Part shown: piece by piece, positions 53,001-63,122 of the stretch
Layout of the letters: every line of letters starts with the position of its first letter
Numbering within the stretch: position 1 is the first letter of the stretch
Origin: Macrostomum lignano
Lineage: Eukaryota
DNA: 64,000 bases
Assembly: GCA_002269645.1 (NCBI GenBank)
Contig: NIVC01000913.1
Coordinates: forward strand, 118,276-182,275
Direction of reading: 5' to 3'
Position numbers and translations under genes: made by a program
The notes under the pieces: generated by a model
The model's database searches: none
What the model was told of the DNA's origin: nothing
What the model saw: the letters and a program-made list of their open reading frames with translations, nothing else

Positions 53001-56000
53001 GCTTCTGTGTTATCTGCTTTTGTGTTAGTTGTCTGCTTCTGTGTTAGTTATCTGCTTCTGCGATAGTTATCTGCTTCTGTGTTATCTGCTTAAGTTAGTT
53101 ATGATTCAATAGACTCCACATAGTACTCCTGTAGGCCGATGCCCGAAGGTCCAGACACGAGTCCGGGTCCGGAGAGGAAGCTAAAAACTCTGCCTCATTC
53201 ACAACACAAAGGCTTCAACAACTCACTTTTCCACCGGATTCTGAGACTTCATTACTCGGTGGCGGGGGGCGATTGCGGAAGCTGCAGGGGCTGAACCGGT
53301 CGAATAGAGTCACCAGAAGCGCCGTGGTCAGCAGGGCTGCGCCCAGGCAGGCCCAGAGCTCCGGCCGCAGAGCCCTGGCAAATAAGAAGCCATCATTGAA
53401 GCTGACAGAGTTGGCACTCGAATCGGGCGCCGCCACCAACAACTGCAGGCCGACAAAATCGTAGCACGGCAGCGTCATGTCCACGGAGCGGCGCCGCTCC
53501 GATGAGATGGAGATCGGCCCGATGCCGATGTCAGCCTCCTTTGAGTGACAGTTTTATGAAGCACAAAATTGCATGACAACCTCCTGACCAGTTTTTTCGT
53601 GCACAATAGCCTCAAATGAATGTGTTTGTGTGGAAATTTATTGTGTGAAGCGTCAGGGGTTCGATTCTCGACCCAGCCGGAACAATTTGTGTCCTTGAGC
53701 AAGACACTAACTCTGCATCGCTTCAGTTCACCCAGCTGTAAAATTGGTGCCAGCATTAGCTGGGGTAATTGAGGGTGTGTGTGGCGACCCTCCCAGTCCT
53801 TGGACTGAACAGCCGTACGCAGCCTTCAGATGCGCCGCGCAATAGCTGCGGCTGAGCTGTCGGTTGCACATCTGGCCAGTGTATGTGATTTTTCCGTGAT
53901 GCACCAACAAGTTTGTCAAGAAAAAAGTTCTAACAAAAGTTTTGGAGAGCGACGACGCTTAACTACAGTTGTGTTTTTTGTAAACGGAGTTCCCGGAGAA
54001 TCGATTTTTGCATAGCACTGAATGGCCTGGGGTTTCGCCACAGGCCAGGGGTTGGCAAACTTTTTCTACCTAAAGGGCCAGATAGAGAACCCAGAGCATG
54101 ATGCGGGCCGGAGGAAGGAAGAGGAGAGGAAATAAAGAAGAAGGAAGGGAGATATGAGAAAGGAGAGGCCAGAGAATACTGGAAAAAAGAGGAGGCCAGA
54201 GGAGAAGATAAACGAATTAGGAGAGAAGAGAAGAGGAGAGGAGAGGAGAGGAGAGAAGAGGAGAGGAGAGGAGAGGAGAGAAGAGGAGAGGAGAGAAGAG
54301 GAGAGGAGAGAAGAGGAGAGAGGGAGAGGAGGAAGGAGGAGAAGAGAGAAGAGAGGAGAAGAGAGAATAGATGAGAGGAATTAGGAGAGGAGAGAAGAGG
54401 AGAGAGGGAGAGGAGGGAGAAGAGAGGAAGGATCGAGAGGAGAGGAAAGGAGAGGAGAGAAGAGAGGAGAGGAGAGGAGAGGAAAGGAGAGGAGAGAGGA
54501 GAGGAGAGGAAAGGAGAGGAGAGAAGAGAGGAGAGGAGAGGAGAGGAGAGAAGAGAGGAGAGGAGAGGAGAGGAGAGGAAAGGAGAGGAGAGAAGAGAGG
54601 AGATGATCGAGAGGAGAGGAGAGGAGAGGAGAGGAGAGGAGAGGAGAGGAGAGGAGAGGAGAGAGAGGAGAGGAGAGGAGAGGAGAGGAAAGGAGAGAAG
54701 AGAGGAGAGGAGAGGAGAGAAGAGAGGAGAGGAGAGGAGAGGAGAGGAGAGAAGAGAGGAGATGATCGAGAGGAGAGGAGAGGTGAGGAGAGGAGAGGTG
54801 AGGAGAGGAGAGGAGAGGAGAGCAGAGGAGAAGAGAAGAGGAGAGAAGAGAGGAGATTAGAGAGAAGAGCTCGAGACTCACACAGACATTGAGCGGGCCG
54901 GATTGCTATTGTGAAGTTTCAAAGGACCGAGGGCCGGACAGAGAGGCTATCGGGCTGCATGTGGTCGCTGACTGGAGTTTGCCGACCCCTGCCATAGACA
55001 AATTCGGTCGCAAAAAGTACAGACTAAGGGCAGCATAGCAACAAAAACTCATCACTGAAATTTGATGTCCGTGCATCTACGCGTCTTATATTGGTGAGGT
55101 GTTAGTACTCTCACCTTTTTGACAATAGCAGCCATCAGTTGCGGCCAACTTGATGTCTCGCTGATGCGGTAGTCAAAGCCCAGTCGTTCAGCCATGCTGT
55201 CTAGAACGGAAACACTGAAGCCCGTAAAAGATCCGTTGCTGAATGTGACGAATGGCGGTTCCTAGAGTGTTCAGAGATCATTGAATTTTATTTTTAAAAG
55301 TTTAACAAATAAAAAAGCATCCAAATTTGTCTGACAATCTTTTGACTCGCTAACAGTAAGCTCCAACTCCTTAATGTAAGCTCCAGCTCTATAGTAAGCT
55401 CCAGCTCCTTACAGTAAGTTCAAACTTCCTACAGTAAGCTCGAACTTCCTACAGCAAGCTAAAACTTCCTACAGTAAGCTCCAACTCTCTACAGTAAGCT
55501 CCAACTCCATAATGTAAGCTCCAACTTCCTACAGTAAGCTCTAACTCCCTACAGTAAGCTCTAACTCCCTACAGTAAGCTCCAACTCCTTAATGTAAGCT
55601 CCAACTGCCTACAGTAAGCTCCAACTCTCTACAGTAAGCTCTAACTCTCTACAGTAAGCTCCAACTCTCTACAGTAAGCTCCAACTTCCTACAGTAAGCT
55701 CCAACTCCCTACAGTAAGCTTCAACTTCCTACAGTAAGCTCCAACTCCCTACAGTAAGCTCCAACTCCCTGCAGTAAGCTCCAACTTCCTACAGTAAGCT
55801 CCAACTCCCTACAGTAAGCTCCAACTCCCTGCAGTAAGCTCCAACTTCCTACAGTAAGCTCCAACTCTCTACAGTAAGCTCTAACTCTCTACAGTAAGCT
55901 CCAACTCTCTACAGTAAGCTCCAACTTCCTACAGTAAGCTCCAACTCCCTACAGTAAGCTTCAACTTCCTACAGTAAGCTCCAACTCCCTACAGTAAGCT

Positions 56001-57346
56001 CCAACTCCCTGCAGTAAGCTCCAACTTCCTACAGTAAGCTCCAACTCCCTACAGTAAGCTCCAACTCCCTGCAGTAAGCTCCAACTTCCTACAGTAAGCT
56101 CCAACTCCCTGCAGTAAGCTCCAACTTCCTACAGTAAGCTCCAACTCCCTACAGTAAGTTTCAACTTCCTACAGTAAGCTCTAACTCCCTACAAGTAAGC
56201 TCCAACTCCCTACAGTAAGCTTCAACTTCATAAAGTACTCACAGTGGGCTGACCTATCAGCAAAAATAAATTTGCACTATCTTTCAAAAAAACATTTATC
56301 TCACCAGAAGTGCTACAACTCGAAATCTCGGTCTCGTTGCGTTTTTAGAACGATTCTGCAAACGTAATTTTGTAATAAAAAGCTATTTAAAGCGATTGAG
56401 TTCAGTGTCAAGACTTTATGATGCATACCCGATCATGGGACACCCTAGCAAGATCGAACAGCGGCTCATCAGCACAATTTCGTCTGACTGTTGGAGAACT
56501 CGCATTGGATCGCCAGGTGGGAAACTTCTGAATGAATATTTAAGGGCTTGATTTAAATATGGCTATCAAATACTTTGTTTGAACGCACGGCTTATTGTTA
56601 AACTCACGTCAGGTTCAATGACTTTGTTTGAACGCACGGTTTATTGTTAAACTCGCGTCAGGTTCAAAGACTTTGTTTGAACGCACGGCTTATTGTTAAA
56701 CTCACGTCAGGTTCAAAGACTTTGTTTAAACGCACGGCTTATTGTTAAACTCACGTCAGGTTCAAAGACTTTGTTTGAACGCACGGCTTATTGTTAAACT
56801 CACGTCAGGTTCAAAGACTTTGTTTAAACGCACGGTTTATTGTTAAACTCACGTCAGGTTCAAAGACTTTGTTTAAACGCACGGTTTATTGTTAAACTCA
56901 CGTCAGGTTCAAAGACTTTGTTTAAACGCACGGTTTATTGTTAAACTCACGTCAGGTTCAAAGACTTTGTTTAAACGCACGGTTTATTGTTAAACTCACG
57001 TCAGGTTCAAAGACTTCATTTAAACGCACGTAGACTGTTAAACTCACATCAGGTTCAAAGACTTCATTTAAACGCACGTAGACTGTTAAACTCACATCAG
57101 GTTCAAAGACTTCATTTAAACGCACGTAGACTGTTAAACTCACATCAGGTTCAAAGACTTCATTTAAACGCACGTAGACTGTTAAACTCACGTCAGGTTC
57201 AAAAAAGTCAACTTGATGGCTATTGCCATTCCCCGCCAGCATCCGACAGACCACCCAGGCTTTGGCTGGCGGCCGGCGTTGCGTAGCAACTAGATGCATC
57301 GGGCGCTGATTATCGTTAAGTGGCGATAAGTGTCCCATTGCTTGAG
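50056..57346 (-). CDS. Ionotropic glutamate receptor superfamily member, IR25a/IR8a-like; 5' end incomplete
   Basis: Phase-consistent exons: 57192-57346 and 56429-56527 (both tentative), 56305-56355 (RFRVVALL), 55115-55261 (EPPFV, S1), 53227-53538 (ADIGIGPISISSERR, M1), 52110-52343 (ESLWYSLGALIQAG pore; LYTANLAALLT M3), 51920-52022 (FFERMADIESKFFNIW), 51448-51736 (AVWEYP..FMDT..RPYGIVLQKGS), 50719-50819 (LETLKMQWW..C), 50056-50204 (M4 ISGIFVLPILG, stop). Confidence 0.9.
50345..50642 (+). mobile_element. tRNA-derived SINE, truncated copy of the 2598-2962 family, in the last intron of the IR gene
   Basis: Aligns by eye with ~2637-2928 (cccaggctcgattccaagtgcagtcacatta ... gtcgcttaaa.tgcgccagggt), with high identity. 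Confidence 0.85.
50902..51418 (-). mobile_element. Internally deleted Tc1/mariner element
   Basis: Imperfect ~62-bp TIRs (50902-50964 and 51357-51418; CACTCAGCAACAGTC..), TA at the left end, and a transposase C-terminal fragment WPPRSSDMNPIEHVW..MPRRVAALLHARGSHTGY (51097-51330). Confidence 0.85.
52382..53095. repeat. 15/19-bp tandem array (TCTGCTTCTGTGTTAGTTG; IR intron)
   Basis: Direct reading. Confidence 0.95.
53650..53890 (+). mobile_element. CORE-type SINE fragment (5'-truncated)
   Basis: B box GGTTCGATTCT (53658-53668), then GTGTCCTTGAGCAAGACACTAAC..CTTCAGTTCACCCAGCTGTAAAATTGG (53689-53748), resembling the MIR/CORE domain. The 3' boundary is uncertain. Confidence 0.65.
54046..54991. 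mobile_element. Non-autonomous hAT (Charlie-like) MITE containing a GA-rich repeat expansion
   Basis: TIRs CAGGGGTTGGCAAAC (54046-54060) and GTTTGCCGACCCCTG (54977-54991). The flanking 8-mers ccacaggc and ccatagac match 6/8, consistent with a decayed 8-bp TSD. Confidence 0.8.
54110..54870. repeat. Polypurine (GAGAG/GAGGA)n tract inside the hAT MITE
   Basis: Direct reading. Confidence 0.93.
55350..56225. repeat. 20-bp tandem array (ACAGTAAGCTCCAACTCCCT; IR intron)
   Basis: Direct reading. Confidence 0.95.
56572..57205. repeat. 48/49-bp tandem array, 13 copies, spanning a putative IR exon-intron junction
   Basis: Unit on the minus strand contains GAACCTGAC|GTGAGTTTAAC. Confidence 0.95.
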
Positions 57347-57826
57347 CTGCAGAGAGTAAAACGTGACAGGCAAGGGCAGTCGAGAGCTGTTTCCCAGTCC
57401 ATTATTAGGTCACAGTTGACTGGCTCTGCTACGAGTACAGTTCCTAACAACTTCTCTGAGAATTTCTGTAGCAAACAAGACTGTGAATGCTCTCTGTGAG
57501 AGTAATTAACTCTGTAGAATGGCTAATATTATTCAGGAGAACCCGAGATTCTACGCCTTCATCAGTGTCACTAACCAAATGATCCTTCATAGTAGATCCA
57601 AGTGGAGACGTTGTTAAACTCCCCGACCAAGTAGTTGTCGGTCCAAGTCGTATTGCTGGACGGAGATGTCCGGCGCCCGTGGTCGGCTCTCCGCAGACAG
57701 GCTGCCATTGCTTTATGATAGCCAGCTAAAGTATATTTGCGAACAGGAATTATAGCAATCCTTACAATGCATTTAGATTTACAAATAAAATAAAAAGAAA
57801 TCCGAAAATCAACATGTGGTTTTTTC

Positions 57827-57858
57827 GACGCGTTTCGCACACCAAGGTGCATCGTCAG
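57827..57858 (-). ncRNA. Minimal type I hammerhead ribozyme core (3' pLTR)
   Basis: Minus strand reads CTGACGA-T-GCAC-cttggt-GTGC-GAAAC-GC-GTC: conserved core, 4-bp stem II, palindromic stem III (ACGCGT), GUC cleavage triplet. Matches the known dimer-forming hammerheads of Penelope-like elements. Stem I is weak. Confidence 0.7.
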
Positions 57859-59596
57859 GTATATTGTTTGAAACGAAAGGTGTGAGTAAGCGAATTTATA
57901 AATTATTTGTCAAGTAGCTGGTGAGTAAGTATTTTGTATGTACAGAGTAGTTGGAGGTTGATAGTCCGTAGGGCGGGGCGAAGACCAATAGGCAGAAAAC
58001 AAAATATAATTGAATGAGTACTGGTTACAACAAGGTCAGTGCTCTCTCACTCAGAATACACGGAGAACATGGCCTGCACCACTGTGTTGGAGTTGCGTAT
58101 TAAGGGTGGGCGACTGGTTTTTTTATGTACAAGGCTTCTAAGATCTTGAGCTCGTGATCAGATGGGCATTGATCAATGATTTTAAAACGTTCTTCAGGTG
58201 TACAATTAGAGCAGCTGTTACATTCCAAAAGGTGGGTTTGGATGGCCGACGGTTTGAGCCAGTGCTCCCTGGTTCTAGTGTGCAGGTGTCTTTTGGTCTT
58301 CACCACGTAGGAGACGCTCTGGTCAACAGAGCAGTTGAAACAGTAGACAACACCTGCACGCAGAGCACGGGGTACACGTGACTTTAACCGACCGACAAAA
58401 CTGCCAACTTTGGAACAGCGGAAAATAACGCGAATTTGGCTGTTGAAAGAGTTGTGAAATAATTTGCAAATCCTGTTTTTGAAGGTGAGAGAAGGATGGC
58501 CAAAGAAAGGGAGAATGAGGGTTGGTTCACTAAGGTCAATGTGGTCAGGTTTGGAAACTTTTTGGTGATTCACTCTTTCAGAAATGAATTTGTGGATGTT
58601 GTGGTGGATGAAGGCAGATGGGTAACCGTTTTGTTGGAGCATTTTGGTCAGGAATCTAATTTCTTGGTCAAAGTTGATCCAGGAGTTGCAGACAGTGTAG
58701 GCTCTGTGAAGCAAGCATCTGATCAGACCAGATTTCCACTGTCTGGGGCACACGGCATAAAAGTTGAGAATGAGATTGGTGAAGGTTTTTTTGCGGAAAA
58801 CTTTGGTGAAAAGGTTCCCACCGCTGAGATCGATGTCAAGGTCAAGGAACGGAAGTTTATGGTCAGTAGCAATCTCATTGGTGAACTTAATATTGTCATG
58901 GGTGGAATTGATAGACTGGAAGAAATGGTCAAGTTTGTTCTTGCTTTCAAAGATGGCAAACGTTTCATCGACATAGCGTCTGTAAAATTTGGGCGCACAG
59001 TCAAGGGACATCCAGTTGTTGGTTTCCCAATGAGTCAAGCAGATTTCAGCCAGAGTAGGGGCCAGCGGACTTCCCATGGCGCAGCCCTCAATTTGCCGGT
59101 AGTATTTACTGTTGAACATGAAGATTCCAGAGGTCGCAAAGCCAAGAAGTTTTTTAAAAGAGTCCTTAGACAAAGAAATGGAGGTAGGATTGCGTTTAAA
59201 CACTTATTCAGTGGCGAGGTCAATAGCAAGTTTCAGGGGATGTTAGTAAAGAGTGAAACAACATCGAAACTGCAGAGAATGTCAGACTTCTTGATGTCAG
59301 AGCACGAATTTTGAAGATCTTTCAGAAAAGCGCTGTTGGATTTCGAGGTGAATTCAGTAGAAATGCAAGGTTTGATGAGCGAGTCCAGGTATTTAGCAAG
59401 CTCGTATTCGGCGGTGTTGACCATGGAAACAATTGGTCTGAGGGGTTTTTCTGGTTTGTGCACCTTGCAGACCCCGTAGAGCTGACCAGGTTGGCTACCG
59501 CAGGGTAAGATGCGCTGGCGCTGGTACGTGCAAGGATCAAATGTGTTGTTTGACATGATCCTTGCACACTCACACCTTTCGTTTCGAACAATATAT

Positions 59597-59628
59597 CTGA
59601 CGATGCACCTTGGTGTGCGAAACGCGTC
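59597..59628 (+). ncRNA. Minimal type I hammerhead ribozyme core (inverted 5' pLTR)
   Basis: Identical 32-nt core CTGACGATGCACCTTGGTGTGCGAAACGCGTC on the plus strand. Confidence 0.7.
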
Positions 59629-59922
59629 GAAAAAACCACATGTTGATTTTGGGATTTCTTCTTATTTTACTTGCCAAGCGAGCCACTTTACCTGATTACA
59701 AACAAAAATTTACTACAATAAGAGATTGTTCAAATTTTGTCACAACACTGGGCAGAGCAGCTCTCGTGCTAATTTGGTGTCAGTTCACGGAATTTCACCT
59801 GAAGCCAGTGGTATTCGTGCCCATGAGGCAGAGAGTGCATGCAAGCCTGACGATGGGAAAGTCTAGGCCGCTGTGTACAACCAGTGTGAGCGGTTCCTGC
59901 GTTCTTATCCGTGTCCTGGGGG

Positions 59923-60062
59923 CACCCTGGCGCAACGCCTTTAGTGACATCGTTCCATTACAAACGCGGAGGCAATGTTGCCCGCTGACTCCCGAGAACA
60001 TACAAGTTTGCCAATACTGTACTCAGGCACCACTCATACACACGCTCACACAGGGTGTACAG
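59923..60062 (-). mobile_element. Diverged SINE-related fragment sharing the central/3' domain of the 2598-2962 family
   Basis: Reverse complement reads ctgtacac-cctgtgtgag ... gggagtc.gcg ... tgcctc ... ggaacgatgtc.ctaaa ... tgcgccagggtg, collinear with the SINE body. Confidence 0.6.
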
Positions 60063-61691
60063 GGTCGTGACGTCACTGGCATGACTACCTCACTGACTCA
60101 GTGGGTCGACTGTGGCCTTGATTTATGGCAGTGACTAAAGTCCCAAACCTCTGCGGACAACAAACACAGCTTTGGCAGATACGAGCTAGATATTCCATAG
60201 GTCGTAGCACTTACTTATACATTCTTTTTTGTCGTCGGCATACGCTAAGTAGAGCGATCCAACAAGGCATGCTGTTACAATCAAAATACTATGCATATTT
60301 TTTCAAAGTCTGCTTCACTGGACGGAAAGGCATAGCTAATCAAAATTTCTTTAGTATAAGAAGCCTCTTAACTGCCTGTAGGGCTTTGACTAAGTCGAGC
60401 AATTCGACATCCAATCAGGGCTGAGCAGAGTTGTAACTTCGTAGTAGAGTAGTCGAGACTACTACTCTGGTGCAGCACTCAGGCGTGGGAAGTATAAAAT
60501 GCTGTAGAATCCCAGTTGTGTGAAGAACATCAATGAAAATATTCATATTAAATATTCATATTAGAATTGTAAAAATCTAATTCTATTGCAAACCTATTGA
60601 CTGACTTTTTTTGTACACTTAAATTAGAATGACAGCAAAATTTCAAGTTTTATGCCATATCATGATATTGATAATTTTTTCTAAATTAATAACATTATTA
60701 TTCTTTGTTCGGCATAAAAATTACAGCAATGTCGTCTGAATGTCATAAAAATGTGAGTAAATTAAACAAAAATATTAAAGAAGCTTCAAAGCGTATTGAA
60801 AGATTTAAGGCATATTTAAGGCATGTCATCATTTAAGCATGAACCATTAATAAAAAAATATGTAAGACTGAAAAAAATGCATGCAAAAAGCTTTAATTAT
60901 ACAAAAAATACTTATTGAACTTAATATATGATTCAAATAAGAACATACAAATTATTCCTTATTATATATAAAATTAAAATAAATAGCTTTTGTTGCATCG
61001 ATTTGAAAGCAAATTTTTTTATTGTAAAATTAATATTTATAAGTATTTTAATAGTCATAGCTAGTTAATGGATAAAAGCTAATATAATTTAATTGTTAGG
61101 TCGCTAAACAAAGTTGTCTTAAGTGTATGATTTGCATCTGATCTTGAAGAAAAAAGACGTAAAAATATTGATATTACAGACAATTCTGTAACGTAAAAGA
61201 TATCGGATTTAACTATAATCTACATTGATTAAATTTCTGCCGAATATAGCTTAATTGTGTATATATACGCTGGGCTGATCTGGTCCGAACGTTCAAAAAA
61301 TTTAAAATGTTACCGTGGTTGAGTTTAATTAAACAAGCATAATAAATCGAACTGATTAATGCTTCAATGGTCGGCTTATTTGTGACAGGAATGTGTAGAA
61401 TTTTCATTATTAATACTCATTCGCATAAAAACGAAGCATTATATTCTGTTTGTGCATGTGGGGTGATCCTGTGACCTTGAAACTAGCTGGTCATTCGAAG
61501 GCGCTATTTTGGTACGCGCAACGCATATAAATTCTCGAAGGAAAGGTCGATAAAATTGTTGCTTTTATATTTAGAATTTTTTCCTAGACAATAGAATTTT
61601 TTAGTTTTAGCTTCATTTTTAGGAAGCAACATCTACGGCCGTAAAGGATCGGATTGTGCATATTTAATAGCACCAGCAGCCCCACTCTGAG

Positions 61692-63122
61692 ATGCTGCAA
61701 AAGTCGTCTCCGAAAATGAAATATTTGGCCGTCGTGATCCTTCTATTAACACTTGGACTGAGTTATGTGAGTTTTAAATGACGAGATTCTCCATGTCTGT
61801 TTAATGCTTTTGTTCAATACATTAAATGCTCTGCGGGTACCAAACATTAAATTAAAATGAATGCCTGTGCTAACATCTTATTCTTTCTAGGCCTCTGCCG
61901 ATTGCATTATGTATGATGAGTGCTCTCGTAGCCCAACGGATAATCCAATCAATTGCCGATACAACGGGCCCGCGAAGCCTCTTAACAACCAAAAGTCTTT
62001 GTCTCTGCTACGATCATTTTGCCCGGAAATCGCTTCTGGAAGTTCAGGGGACGTCGTGACTTGCTGCTCAGAGCGTCAGATTGAAACGTTAAGCATCCAA
62101 ATGGATCGCGCAGGCCTTCTACTTAGGCGCTGTCCAGCGTGTTGGAAAAATTTTCGATCCATGTTCTGCAACATGGCTTGCTCGCCGAACCAAAGCTTGT
62201 ACCTACAGGCGACCAGCTTCGACGAATCCGTAAATACAGTGACAAGCGTGAACTACAACATCAGCAGCAACTTTGCTCACACATTCTTCAACAGCTGCAA
62301 AGGCGTTAGTCACGGCAACGGCAAAGCTATATCAGCAATGTGCGGATCTGTCAGCGTGGAATCGTGCACCGTGAAAGACGTGTTTAAGTTTTTGGGTAGT
62401 CCAGCCGAAAATCCGTATGCTCCGTTCGACATAAAATTCTCCCTTGAGGACCAATGCTTCACTATCGATGGTAAAATGCACTGCCCAATGAATGAAAGCT
62501 CAGTTCAGTGTCATCTTGGCGATCGAGAGCGAGGAGTTGCTGCCTGCTCCTGTAGCGATTGTCAAGCTGTCTGCCCGAAGAAGCCAGAGACTCCAAACGA
62601 TCCGAAACCCTGGCAGGTGCTGGGAATCGACGGCTGGTACATTGTCATGGCTGCCATCTACGTCTCATTCTTAGTCGTCTTCGCCGCCTGGAACATTTAT
62701 TTCTTTGCTCAAACGCACCGTAAGAACTTAAACTCTCGAGTTAGCACATCTTCCAAGGATTCGAATACTGCATACTCAGCAGCGTCCTCCGAAAAGGTTA
62801 CATCCACCGAATTGACGTACGGCCTCACCTCGCCGAGTAGCCAGGCCTTCCTAACTGACGGCAGTCGCTTGTCCGATACCGAAATCGACTGCTCAGATCG
62901 CGTCAGCGGGCAGATTGAAGCTCGAATCGAAGCCGCCTTTACTAGCTGGGGTCTGCTCGTGGCGAAGCACCCGGTGCTCGTCATCATGCTGAGCTTTGTA
63001 GTTTGCATAGCCCTGTCCTGCGGCGTTCTGTTCTTCCAAGTCACTACCGACCCTGTTGAGCTATGGAGCTCCCCGCAGTCTACTGCCCGCCAACAGAAGG
63101 CCTTTTTTGACAAAAACTTTGG
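61692..63122 (+). CDS. NPC1: Niemann-Pick C1 family sterol transporter, first two coding exons (gene continues beyond 63122)
   Basis: Exon 61692-61766 is a signal peptide ending tat|gtgagt. Exon 61891-63122 encodes the Cys-rich N-terminal domain (CIMYDEC, RCPACWKNFRSMFCNMACSPNQS, CSCSDCQAVC), TM1, and TTDPVELWSSPQSTARQQKAFFDKNFG, ending gg|gtaagc. Confidence 0.95.

Larger units (their letters stand above)
57782..59673 (-). mobile_element. Penelope-like retroelement (RT + GIY-YIG endonuclease), 5'-truncated and disrupted, with inverted pseudo-LTRs
   Basis: ORF pieces 59233-59556 (LYGVCKVHK..PLRPIVS, FDVVSLFTNIP) and 58100-59203 (GCAMGSPLAP, RRYVDETF, LPFLDL, GVVYCFNC..YVVKTKRHLHTRTREH, EALYIKK). 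A 1-nt deletion and an in-frame TAA lie near 59204-59236, and an extra A near 58118-58124. 57782-57887 and 59568-59673 are ~106-bp inverted copies. Confidence 0.92.

Noticed and set aside
60416-60480. Tiny imperfect inverted-repeat element
   Set aside because: The putative TIRs match poorly and no TSD is visible.
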